The position numbers were made by a program, and so were the translations under genes. DNA of 58,908 nucleotides, the filler included, from Sphacelaria rigidula (Eukaryota): assembly GCA_964200075.2 (NCBI GenBank). It is 6 parts of 6 records of this genome, joined end to end, with 100 filler letters (N's around TTAATTAATTAA, not from the genome) between each part and the next. Parts side by side here need not be neighbours in the genome. Positions count along the whole stretch, not along the records: positions 9,837 to 19,571 come from CAXNAA020007872.1; positions 19,672 to 29,406 come from CAXNAA020007873.1; 4 more parts are not named here. One strand, written 5' to 3'. The notes below the pieces were generated by a model. It searched no databases and was not told the origin of the DNA. It saw nothing but the letters and a program-made list of their open reading frames with translations. Shown in pieces: positions 13,620 through 25,100 of the stretch (its first letter is position 1; the number at the start of each line of letters is the position of its first letter).

Positions 13620-14227
13620 GTTCGCCGGCTCGATTTGATTGCCGTTGATGATGATGGACCAGATGATTTCGTACGTAACCCAACTCATCACCTGAACAAC
13701 CGTCAACCCCTCGAAGCTTCGACCGACCCATGTGCGTACAGTATTATATTGATCGTGGAATGACAAAACCGAGGACGCACATTCCGCGTCAGAAACGCCT
13801 TACACATGTGCACTACGCACTCAAGTGGAATCGCAATCAACATTGGGTAAGTGAAGCTGGTGTACCATGCCGCACAGCTAATAAGCCGCCAAGGTTGCGC
13901 GGTACATTGGACCGTGGCACAGTACACTACAGTACTGCACAAGCGAGGATAATGGATTAAGACATGAGAGTAGAGCGGGGAATGGGATGAGATTATGACA
14001 TTTAACCGCGGTATCCCGGTGATGGATACTTCGAAGTACAGTTCATGACATTGTCTATACTTCACTCTACTGCATTGCTCTCAACGTCTGCTGTACCATC
14101 ACTTGTGGCAGGGTTTGCAGGTCGTGAGTGGTCCAAGTGATGAAAAGTGCGCATGAAAACTGGGAGTGAACTAGGGAATTAAGATCAGTCGTGAATTGTG
14201 ATCTTCTGCTGTGAGCGCCAAGGTATC

Positions 14228-14611
14228 ATGCCCCAGCATCACGGTCGAATGTTCTTGCTTGCAGTATTGGTGTTGGCGCTCCGCCAACACACCGCACTCG
14301 CTTTCGTGGCTGGATCTGGTGCAAGCACCCTCAAAACGATTCCGGCGCGATCTGTGTCGACAGTCAGCAAGAAGTGTTCTGGTGAAATTGGCGCTGTTGA
14401 GCGCCGCAGGACCGGCACTATGTTGTGCAGTATGTCGACCTCGACTTCGAAAGCAGACGATCTGAGGGTATTACTCGGCAAGGGCGAAATATTGGTGATG
14501 CCGTGCTGCTACGACGGGCTAACAGCGCGGCTTGTAGAGGATGCGGGGTTCCCCTTGACATTCATGACTGGATTTGGGGTATCAGGTGCCCATGGTCTGC
14601 CCGACACCCAG
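14228..14611 (+). CDS. First exon of a plastid-targeted isocitrate lyase/PEP mutase superfamily enzyme (methylisocitrate lyase/CPEP mutase-like); later exons not found in this contig
   Basis: Signal peptide ...LLAVLVLALRQHTALA|FV, a transit peptide, then the family N-terminal signature LRVLLGKGEILVMPCCYDGLTARLVEDAGFPLTFMTGFGVSGAHGLPD. Donor CAG|GTAAGG at 14612. Confidence 0.88.
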
Positions 14612-14689
14612 GTAAGGCTGCTTTCTTCGCCGGTAAATAATCTACCGATAGGGTCTAATGTGACTTCACACAGTGTCTTCGCTGTATAT

Positions 14690-15320
14690 TGAAATATGAA
14701 ATTGCCCGACGGGCCAGGTCTTCAAAGTCAAATTCTTCCTGGCTCGTTACATGCTGGGTGTATACAGCCTTGAACGATTGATAGTGCTTGTCCGGGAGAG
14801 AGCGGTACAGCCTGCGGGCAAGATGACTCGACGCCTGTGGCCGCCCAATTGCCGTGAAGTTGGTTTGGATACTTCTGATCTCTTGAATCAGTCGCGACGG
14901 ATCCAAGTTGTCTTCGTTTCGCATATTTGCTGCAGTCAGTCGTTATTAAAGGGCCCAACTGCGAAAACTCTCCGTAACGTCTTATTTCGATTTTAGGGCC
15001 TGAAAAGCCCTATAGCCATCCCCGTTTATCTCTTTGTGAGCGGGCCCATGAGCTATTACCGTAGCTACTGCAGGGCTAGCATATCATCAAAAGTCGACCG
15101 TACAGTATCCCATTCTTCTCGTGAAAGTTTCTACTGCTTGTGTCAGTGCAATCCTTGCTGCTTCGTTATCAGTTGCGGCTGGCGCCTTGGGCATCGTTAG
15201 CCTTCCCGTAAGAACAACTCCCACACCCAACTCTCGGATCGTGGCGAGGAACAGTGACTCGAAATCCTCCATTCTCCCGGTTGCTTTGAAGCTTCACCGG
15301 AGAAGGTAACCAAAGACTTA
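14690..15320 (-). mobile_element. Degenerate Ty1/Copia gag-like relic in intron 1 of the ICL-family gene
   Basis: Broken ORFs: DFESLFLATIRELGVGVVLTG...; LDPSRLIQEIRSIQTNFTAIG...LARRLYRSLPDKHYQSFKAVY...FEDL. These resemble the Copia gag (UBN2-type) LxSLPxxYxxF motif. Confidence 0.6.
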
Positions 15321-16130
15321 CCGAGTGAGCTCCCCTTCAGACTGCGTCGATCCTGTTGGGCAGCCATGGGTATGTTCGAGGGCTTGCTCCTACTACACGT
15401 GTAATTTTATTTTGCAACAATTTCAGAGGAGTTTTTTTTTTTTTTCTCATCATGGTGAACGGGCACAAAATACACAACCCCGGCAAAGAAAAAATGTCGT
15501 TTGGAATTATTGCAAAATAAAATTCTAAACGCTCCCATAAGAGTTGGCCATAGACCGCGAGGTTAGACTTCTGTTGAATCGGCACCACTTTCAAGTGATA
15601 GAAATATACATGACCCAGAAAGACTAAACTCGCGGTCTAAGGGTTAACTTGGGGTTTTTGAGCTTAAAAAGGCCTTTTCATCGCAAAGCTTATAATCAGC
15701 GTAATATGCTTGGAACGAACTTAACCTGCTTAAAACGCGCATACAGTATGCATAAAACGCGCATAAAGTTGCGATATATATTTTTTGCGCCTCCTGCAGC
15801 CAGCTGCCCGCAAGTGCTCCATGTGGCGTGACTCGTGACCAGACAGGCCGGCAGGCTTCAAGCTTCATTTCTTCAAACTTCCACGGTCGTGTCTCGTGTT
15901 CCTATTGTGTAGCGGGTCTGATCAGCAAAACGATCCGCCTTGTCATATTCTTTCATGGTACTATCCATGTTGTTGTCAAAAATGTGACTGAGACTAGTAC
16001 ACTTGTACAGCATACAACCGGTACCGTTAGTTCGACAAGATTTTCAATGCCAACTGACGGTAGATGATGGGGGGGAGAAGTGTTAGCTATTAGCTTGCCG
16101 GGCGAGAGGCCAACGGCTGCATTGCCCTCG

Positions 16131-16459
16131 CACGCGGCCATTTGGCTACACACCAAAATGCCTCCGGAGGGATGCGCGACCCTCCAGAGGCAAAACGAGC
16201 CTCCGGAGGCCTTCAATCCCTCTGGAGGAAACCAAACTCTACCGACCCGGAGGGCCGCGCACCCCTCCGGAGGAGTTTGGGGGTATGCGCGGCCCTCCAG
16301 AGGCAAAAATAAGCCTCCGGAGGCGTTCGATCCCCCTGAAGGAATCCAAAACATCTCCTCTGGAGGGCCACTCACCCCTCCGGAGGCGTTCAATTCCTCT
16401 GGAGGCTCGAAAACTTTACCCACCTGGAGGAATTTTGGAGGTAGCCAAGTGGCCGCGTG
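16131..16459. mobile_element. MITE-like element with ~38-bp imperfect TIRs and internal tandem repeats of the palindrome CCTCCGGAGG
   Basis: cacgcggccatttggctac (16131-16149) versus gtagccaagtggccgcgtg (16441-16459), one mismatch. About 12 cctcc(g/a)gagg-like motifs inside. No clear TSD. Confidence 0.82.
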
Positions 16460-16644
16460 TGCTGTGTACAGATACTACAATGCCCTTCTGCGAGAGCTGG
16501 GAAATGGTTTGTCTAACCACTAACCAGTTGAATGGTTCCGCGTAGCGTACTCATTAACCAGTTAAGTGGTACATAATGGTTTGGTCATCGCGCGGCGCAG
16601 CCGCGAGCCAAAAAGCTCCCCCCGGCAGAGGAAGCTCCGCCGGA

Positions 16645-16888
16645 GGTGCCCCCCGAGGGTCCCGCTGAAGGCGCCGTGCCGGAGGCCCGTTTTTACACGG
16701 TTTGGCTTCACGAGAGCTAAAAAAATACGTTAATTTTGAGCCAATTTTCAAGGGCTGCATGTAGCATTCATAGCCAGTAACGGTAAATAATGGTTGAAAC
16801 CATTATCCAAAATGTTCATACAACCATTGCCATTACTACCATTATAATGATATTGACCAGTTATAACTGGTACCATTTCCGAGCTCTA
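16645..16888. repeat. Second copy of the repeat at 141-412
   Basis: Direct alignment by eye; shared GAGCTCTA terminus. Confidence 0.8.
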
Positions 16889-17544
16889 CCTACTGCTGTA
16901 TCATGTATGATAAGTGCAGTGACATTTATTTCTTGTTTTCGTACGTGGGTTAGGGTGTAGGTGTTCAGGTTGTGGCCTTCAAACTCAATGACTAATGAAA
17001 AGCATCATTTTTTTATTAAAAATAAGTCGTCAAAATTTCGAATGCCCAACTCGTCGTCTTGTCCTCATGCCAGAAGGCGCGCCGCGTGAAGGGATACTGC
17101 CACAATGCCACAACGCCACAACAATGACGGGAAAAAGGCGCATAAAGCGCACCTAATTTGCGCTAACAAAGCTTGAAGTGGGCTTGAAAAATAATATAAA
17201 AGCTTATAAAAAAATAAGATGAGCTTATTTTCGTGAAAAACGTGCTTACGGAATTAAGGCGGTTTCTTCCGGTTCGTTTTTTCCCCTCGTTTTTTGCAGC
17301 AACATATCAGGAAAAAAGACCGCTAGGAAAATACTATGAGAGATTTTGACCCTAGCTTACGGTTGCAGATATATTTTTGAGGGGGGTGGGGTACCAACAG
17401 AGTCGAGAGATACCAAAAGTACGGTCAACGGAATTCAAAGGGATGTGCATGCCAAGACTCAAAGACTTCGCCATGCCAAGCTTCCTGTGTTTGTGTAAGA
17501 AAAAGTGAAACATAGACCTCTCACGATTGCTGCTGGCCCAGCTC

Positions 17545-18165
17545 GCACTGTATGCAAATTGACACCTTCAATCTATACTGCCATATCCCGTACGCACTGT
17601 ACTGTCTGGTGCTGTCTGTACTGCACTCTTCTGCATAATTTCTGGTGCAGCCGTTGTATATTACCGTCTCCAACCTGACATGTGCGCATGTTTACTGCCG
17701 TATGCGGGAGCCCAAACAGGCAGTATTGTATTGCTTAGTTATGTTTGTACCGCACGTTGCCCACATCATATTAAGTGCAGCCGCTGTACCACTGTACTCA
17801 AGCTGTACTGGCAAACTAACATTTCCATCCTACTGTACTGTTGAATGCGGCAGTGCAACCCATGTGCTGTCTGCACTGCACGTCGTCCGAATCATTTTCG
17901 GCAGCCGTTGGGTGCAGCATGCCTGGCATGTGGATCCGAGTGTTCAATGCGGCAGTGCAGACAGTACAGTACTGCCTGGTGTTGTCTGTATTGCACGTTG
18001 TCCACATATCTCACGTTGTACGCATCACTTTCACTACAGCCGTGAGTACTACTGTTGTGTGCAAACTGACACCTACAACTCACTGCATGAGACAGCACAG
18101 ACAGTGTCCTGTAATCTCTGCGCTGGGTACTGTCTGTGCTGCAGGTTTTCGAGAGCACAGTCAAT
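17545..18165. repeat. Degenerate tandem array built on (g)tactg / gctgtctgtactgcac motifs
   Basis: Recurrent ctgtctg(t/c)a(c/t)tgcac units at ~17615, ~17865 and ~17985, plus repeated aatgcggcagtgca. Confidence 0.55.
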
Positions 18166-19013
18166 GCTAATGGATCATCAACCCTTGACGACATCTCGCG
18201 TGCGCCGGGATGGCGAAGCAAAGTTTAATCTTGTGTGTAAACGGTGCTGGGGCCCATCTGCTCAAAAGTCTGGGGCAATATTTTCTCGTTGATTAAACCC
18301 CATGTCTAGTAATGCCTATACCTAACGGAGATAGTGTCTACACTAAAATCTGTATGAAACCCCCGATCGACACATTCAGCGGGTGACGACGATTTTTGGT
18401 GTGAACCTTCCCTGGAGCACGAGGAGACGATAGATACCCTCGCGTTCACCTAATTCGTGATCTATCTCGAGATATGGCCCACACAAGTTCCTGAACTAAA
18501 ATCAATATATTACGAGCAGAGGCACTAGATGGCCTAAATCTGGATATCGGGTCTCAGTTTTTGAGAGTTGTTCCATGAATTTTCGTATGGTGAACCGCTA
18601 GTGCATAATAAATAAAAAAACAGCTCGTCACCTTTACTTCGTTTTCCCCCCCCTTTTTTTCTTCGTTTTTTCTTGTTTTTAGTGGAGTTTCAAGGAGAAA
18701 TGAACATTGCTCGTAGGCCTCATCTAAATGTTTTAGCTCAATTTATAGAATTGTGATTTGAAACTTAGCATGGAGAGCCACGAAGGTGTGCCAAAAAAAA
18801 TATGGGCTTTCATTTTTTTTTCGTGGTATTTACCATACTAGAACGCCCTAAACAAGTGAAGAAGATAATTAAAAAAACTGGCCCACTGAGTTTTGTTAAC
18901 TAAGCCTTAGCGAGGGCCCACACAAATTTTCAATACACAAAAACCAAATGTGGGCCGGTGAGTGGCCTGCGAAATACTGTTCCGATTTTATACCGACTCG
19001 ATTTTCAAAAGGC

Positions 19014-19412
19014 GAATGCGCCGGCCAATATTTAGAGTTGGAGCGTAAAAATTGGTATGAACAATGCATAGGGCATGAAAAAAAATTACGTCGGTACCAT
19101 TTTTTTTCTTCATGAGTAACGTGCAATAATCAGTTTCCAGGTATCAGCAAAATACCCTCAACTCATGACAAAAAACAAAAAACCTCTCGGTACCGACGTA
19201 TATATATTTTTCATGCACTGTGCATATTCCATTATAATTTTTACGCTCCGACTCTAAAAAATATTGGCCGGCGCATTCATCAGTAAAATGCCCGTAACTC
19301 ACGGAAAACAAGAACAAAAAACCTTTTGGTACCGCCGTAATTTTTTTTATATGCACTATGCACTGTCCATACCAAATTTTACGCTCCAACTCTGAGTATT
19401 GACCGGCACATG
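19014..19412. repeat. Inverted plus direct repeat block of ~90-bp units (TE subterminal repeats)
   Basis: gaatgcgccggccaatatttagagttggagcgtaaaaatt...cgtcggtacc is mirrored at ~19185-19278 (ggtaccgacg...tttttacgctccgactctaaaaatattggccggcgcattc) and repeated again at ~19325-19410. Confidence 0.75.
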
Positions 19413-19571
19413 GGCCTGCAAAATTCAAATCTGCCTCTTGGCTTCCAGCTCGCGGTGGTGAGCCACGGCTGACGCACTTGGTAGCAGTGCCGCAAGTATC
19501 AAGCATCCCGCGGCCGGTCTGGGGAGTCATCCTACGATAGGGGGGGGGTATTTTGGGCCATTTGTTGCTCG

Positions 19572-19671
19572 NNNNNNNNNNNNNNNNNNNNNNNNNNNNN
19601 NNNNNNNNNNNNNNNTTAATTAATTAANNNNNNNNNNNNNNNNNNNNNNNNNNNNNNNNNNNNNNNNNNNN
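19572..19671. other. Artificial contig linker
   Basis: Same N44-TTAATTAATTAA-N44 structure. Confidence 0.98.
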
Positions 19672-20719
19672 CAACATTTATTTTTGAATGAAGAGTGGAG
19701 ACGTGATTGGCAATTCGAAGAGTTAGGCGCTGAAATTTTGACACATCTTCATCATAAATCCGTGAAACCCGATAAGACCGCTCCCTACAAGAGACAAAAA
19801 TAAAAGTCTGGAAAAATGCCTTTTTGGAGCTTCAACGTTGTTTGACGCCCCAAAAGAGAGCTAGGCGGAGTTTTCCGACGGCTGCAGTTTTCATTTTGGT
19901 CAAACAAGAACTTTTGTTCAAGAAGGGTAAAAAACAGGCAAATCCAGATAAAATTGCCACTCTTCTCTGGACACGTACAGCTGATTTGTCGCGGCAAATT
20001 AAAATTTCCCGCAAGAACATGACGTTGAAAAAACCGAAATACGCATAATACGGACAAGCTTACTCGATGATCGTGGTTTAGTTGACGGTACGTGTGTGTG
20101 AGAGTGCAACGTGTTGCTAAATACGCCCGGGTGATGATCCAGTCGTACAGTAATTCTCACAAAAACGACACACGAAGACAGTCGGCCGATTCGAGAGGTC
20201 AGGTATTCACACACGTCAAGAGAAACGTAATTGAATTATACACAACCATCGGAGATAAATCCGAGGCGGATCGCCCAACACGTTTCTGAAGCACGACAAA
20301 TACACGGAGAGAGAGGGCCAAAGCATTCCACTTCTCACGGTACTTGCCCGTTTGGACGAGGACGATCTGGTTCGCTGGCTCAAACTCGAGGAAAAACCCC
20401 AGCCGGGCTTACCGTCACGTCGTATCGTCACTCGACAGCCCTTGATAAAAACAAAACACCACCAACCAATTCCAGCGGCGGGTAACCGTACGCCAAAACT
20501 TGTGAATGCAGTGATGAGAAAAATAGCGAGTGGCGGACTCTGAGCCTGTAGGCTGTACCGATGGTCGGACATCGACATGGCGGAACGGCGGTTCCGGAAG
20601 AGCAATCGATCCTCGCATGATACGTAATGGTCCTATGTGAGGAGGCGTTTGTAATGGCGTATACCACGACTTCAATGACAGTTCCTTGACATGGTTACGT
20701 ACGACGCGGTCAGTGGTGA

Positions 20720-20870
20720 CCTCTTCATGGATGTCCCGTGTGGAGTGGACTTTCCCCAATGAGTATGCTAGTGGACATCCGGTAAATGTATAATGTGGAC
20801 GTGAACATCCCAGATGTATCAGATGCATATACCAGATAGTTATCTTCTTCCAGATGGATGTGGGACGATA
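20720..20870. repeat. Diverged fragment of the catcccagatg/ggatgtcc repeat family also at 56676-58247
   Basis: Shared motifs ggatgtcc, acatcccagatg and ccagatggatg. Confidence 0.5.
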
Positions 20871-21029
20871 ACAAAAGATCGCACAAAGCAAGAGCCCTGA
20901 AAAACCTTTCTAACTCGTCGTTCGCCAGCACAAACCTAAGCTTTCTGGTGAGCTTTCTGGTGGTGCTTCTGGTTTCTGCGATGCTATGCCTTTGCTCGCG
21001 ATTCCCCTCGCTTGACATTCGGTTATGTC

Positions 21030-21266
21030 ATTTTGTTGTTACTGCTGTTGTTGTTGTTGTTGTTGCTGTTGGTGGTGGTGGTGGTGGTGGTTTTTGTTGT
21101 TATCGCTGGCCCCTTTCTTTCCTTCTGAGGCCGTTGCTTCTGTCGTTTTTCTGTTCCTTTCTTCTTCTTTTTTATTTTTTTATTTTTCTGTTCTATTCTT
21201 ACTGCTCCTGACCACGGGCTGGATTGTTGCAATCAGCTAATGTGATACAATCAATCAATCAATCAA
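21030..21266 (+). repeat. (TGT)n/(TGG)n microsatellite and T-rich tract, followed by a retroposon-like 3' end with a (CAAT)n tail
   Basis: Visible triplet repeats; tgaccacgggctggattgttgcaatcagctaatgtgata followed by caatcaatcaatcaatcaa (21209-21266). Confidence 0.65.
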
Positions 21267-22190
21267 ATGAATGTTGATGATATGCGTCGGAGTGCACCAT
21301 CCACAGCTCACCGGTGGAGTGACGTAGTTCCCACCCGAAGAGTAGCATTCACATGCGTGGCTCCCCCGCGACTCGTGTGTTTCTTGACCTCCGGTCTGAA
21401 ATGAGTGCTCATACCCCAATGAAAAGTGCCACATGCCTTTTTTTTTCATTTCGGACCCTTCCGTTTCGCCGTTTCTCATGAGACCAGAATATATCCTGGA
21501 AATCCGCTTTGTTTGCTTCACTTATGCGTCATTTGACACCCTTAAAGAGGGCTAGGCGGCTATGGACACGTTGGAATGACTTGCTGTACTTTTGAGACGG
21601 CTCCAGGACACCTCTACGTTTTCTGGTGACCACAGTGTTGTTTTGGCCAAACTTACATTTCCCTGAATGAACCATCAAGTCCACAAAAAAAGCTGCCTGT
21701 GCAGCAAGTCCGTCCAGCGTGTCAACATCCACTCAGTAATATTTTGGGGCGTAAAGCGGTGCAGAAGGATCCGAGAGCTAATTTCCCAGGATATTTTTTG
21801 GTTGCCATAAGAAGCGAACCTCGGACGTGAAAAGCAGGGTGTGGCGAAACACTAAGAGAATTGAAAACCTGATACGCTGGATGGGCGCTGATTTGCCACG
21901 TGTGCCTCCATCTGTGCAGTACTTTCTGTACAGGCTTTGCTGACCTGCGTGATGCTCACTAGGGTAAACCTGCACTGTGTCATAGTGTAGTGAGAAAATG
22001 CTGTAGGTGCAGGCGACGTTCCCGCGGTAGTAGTGTCTAAAGGGTACTGTATCGAAAGGTTAGATAACGCGCTGTGAATTGTTCTGAAGGCCGTGTACGG
22101 TAAATCTCTATCGATTCGACTGTCGTCACTTACCGCACTGCATTCGGTGTATCCTGTATCGCCAGAAACACAAACGACGACGCAGTGAAC

Positions 22191-25100
22191 ATGAACCCAA
22201 GAAGCGCGGTCAACCGAAGAGACAGCCCAGGTCGCCGCGGTGTCCAGACACAGCTCAGACTTCTGCGTCACGTTATTGCGGCTCTCTATCTATCGGCTAC
22301 CGCGGTGGGCATTGCGCAAGGTATTTTGGCACCCGAGGTTCCAGAGCTAGCGGTGGTGGACGGAGAGGTGGTTGAGCCGCGAGAAGAGCAACTCCCTCGA
22401 ATTTTGACAGTGTTAACCACATACAGCGGGCGATCCGAGTTTGTTCGGGAGTACAGGAATGCTATCGGTGACCGCAACGAAATGGTACGCAAAGTCATGC
22501 TCCCGTGGTGTCGTCAACGATTTCGTTTGGTCTCTTTGAGAAATACCAGTGTATATCTGGGGATACACCACCGTTCATGAACCAGAATGAATGTTGAACC
22601 TTCGCACGAGATTGGTGAAGTTCACCGGTATCAGAACCCATCGGGCTGTTATGATCAAGGATTTGGAAATAGAGAAAAACACTACATAGTGTCAGCCATG
22701 AATCTTCGAAAATTGGTCGGGTTGAGGTGCGTGAAAAGCCGCCTTAGCGTGGCGATGCACAAGTGTTCACATGCAAGAAGAGGCTGGAAACCTACCGCTG
22801 GTAACTGATAGAGAAAAACGTACATATGCTTCAAATACTCGATATCTCGTTGGAAGTAGGGAATCAACAGATGAGGATGTGCCGATATTTTATCAAAATC
22901 CTCTTCGGCTGCCCTTTGAACAACAAAATAGAACAGGGCAGCGTGACCTATTGTACCTCTGTGATTCGTACCGGCAAAACGGGAAAGACAGATTCAGGTC
23001 GAGCTTAGTAATGCATGGCGGTTTAGTCAGGGAACCCCGTAACTCCAGTGTCTTCATCCTACATTTATACAATGAAGTGCGTTTATTATCCAACAAGGGC
23101 AGCCCATATTGTATCAAAGTTGATCACACCACACATTGTACCTGATTGATGAACTCGCCACTCGAGCTGGTGGCATTGCTGAGTACTGAAACCAGCATTC
23201 TCAAGTCACTAATTGACCCCTCTGAGTGTGGTTGAAGTTATCGGTTCCCCTGTGATTGACTGTATCGAGATATATATCATCCTCTTCAACACTGCACTGA
23301 AATCCAATGATTTCCGAACTTGAAGTGGGGTCAGGAGGTGGGTATTCGACAGGCCACGTAGATGAAGTAATATCACATACTCATCAAAGCATTTGTCCGG
23401 TGGTACTCTAGGAAAATGCGATAAGCTGATACGCTTTTCCCTGCTGAAAGCGATGAGTTGGCCACCACCACCATATCCCTCTCCGGCCCCAGTACAGGAC
23501 GATGGGTATGCACGACAGTACCCCCGCCCCTGCCCCCTGCGCCCTCCCGAGTCGAGATCAGACGCTTCGGAGGTCACATTTCGATATATGTTTGGTTGAT
23601 CATCCTTGGATGATCTCGAGATCCAATTGACTCCTACGTTCATTGATCGGTCCATATGCATCACATTTTTGCCCACGGATGGATGACGTATAAGCTACGC
23701 TACGGCTTCGGTGGGCACCGAATCACCCACGACGCCAACATGGGAAACCTGCTCCCCTGTGTGCGATATTTTGTCTATTTCATATCGCTTGTCAGATTTT
23801 CGTGGTGAGCGATGAAGATGACGAAGATCTAGACGGCAACATCGATTTCAAGACGGGAAGTCCAGAGCACCACCGGTCGTTGACAGCCCTCGCCGAGGTG
23901 AGGCACACGGCGGAACCGAGGCTTCAAAGCCGTCTGCTGCCAAGTAGTACAAATCTTTCTGAACGGTGAAATCAACTTGTGATACATATCGACATCATTA
24001 TGATCATCATGACCGTCCCTTTTTGTACGGTCAATACCGGAGCAAATACCTCTTTCGTCGGCATGCCCCCAGTCTAACGAATGTACACGATGCCATGCGC
24101 ACCTGTCTTCGTGCGGAGAGCCTTGATGATATAGTCGGCATCGGCAACATATCCCCTTCCCTAACATCCGCTTTTGAGCACAATGTGTTCTCGTTCCTCG
24201 GTATGGATGGCGCTGGGTTTGCCATTTATTTTTCGCACCTCGCAGGCCTGTACACGATTCGAGGGCCAGTTTGACTGGATTGCTCTGGGTGACGACGATA
24301 CGTTCTTCATGCTAAATCGAGCAGAGGCCTTCCTCAAGTACATCGACCACACGCAGGTGACAATCGGCCCACCTCCATTCCCCCTTAGGCCATTTGCGGG
24401 TAATGCTTTTGTTGTGTTTCCGTGCCTGCCCTCGCTGCTGCGGCACGACACAGTGCCAGCGTGCCACTCGCCCACTTGAGGCACGTATGGTTAGCCGGAG
24501 TAGGTCAAGCGCGAGCATAAATCGAGTGGTCAAACGGGGTGATATTTGATTTTGTGGTGGAGTTCAACTCACCTCGGCATCGGGCAATATCTTCCGGAGT
24601 TGTACTTCGCACACGATCGCCATTGTGCCGTATGGAATATCCAGGCCGAGATGACCACGAGTTTGATGGACCACGGTAGATTGTTACCCGTCGGTGTCTC
24701 CGTGTTCCATGTCCTGCGTGTTACGTGCAGTACAGTCGTCGACTGGTGTCGCTTACTGTCATCATCTGATCTCGACCTAATGGCGAAGTTCCTACGCAAT
24801 ACCCCTACGCACCTCTTGGCTTTCGTTGCTGTTGCACGCTGCTCGGGTTGTGAATCCTACATCTGCTTGTTCGGCCTCGTGCGCTCCGGGCCGCAGCCGC
24901 TGGCGATCAGTAAACCGAATGGTCTGGACGGAATAGGTCACGGGGGGGACGTCGATTGCTTCACCCGAGAGGCGAGTGGTTTGTGTCCCGGGGACGTCGA
25001 CGCATACATCCAACGTAGGAGTGAAAAGTTTCAGGCGGATGCCCCCCACGATTAGGTTAATCCACCTCACCGTTCAAGGACTATTGCGTCAGGCTCGGCC

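Noticed and set aside
1870-14611. Apparent cluster of two plastid-targeted carbon-metabolism genes (cbbX and the ICL-family gene)
   Set aside because: They lie on different contigs joined by an artificial linker.
15953-16545. ORFs of 86-156 aa with PPEG/PSGG repeats
   Set aside because: By-products of the CCTCCGGAGG palindrome array in a MITE, open on both strands.
17645-18292. 215-aa Cys/His/Val-rich ORF
   Set aside because: Lies over a degenerate tactg/gcac repeat, is open in several frames, and has no recognisable domain.
20415-21018. Tyrosine recombinase (Crypton)-like reading of the minus-strand ORFs
   Set aside because: No convincing R-H-R-Y tetrad, and part of the region is the non-coding catcccagatg repeat.
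21852-22271. GDTGY motif as the missing exon of the ICL-family gene
   Set aside because: Wrong strand, different contig, and antisense to the GT31 first exon; a chance match.
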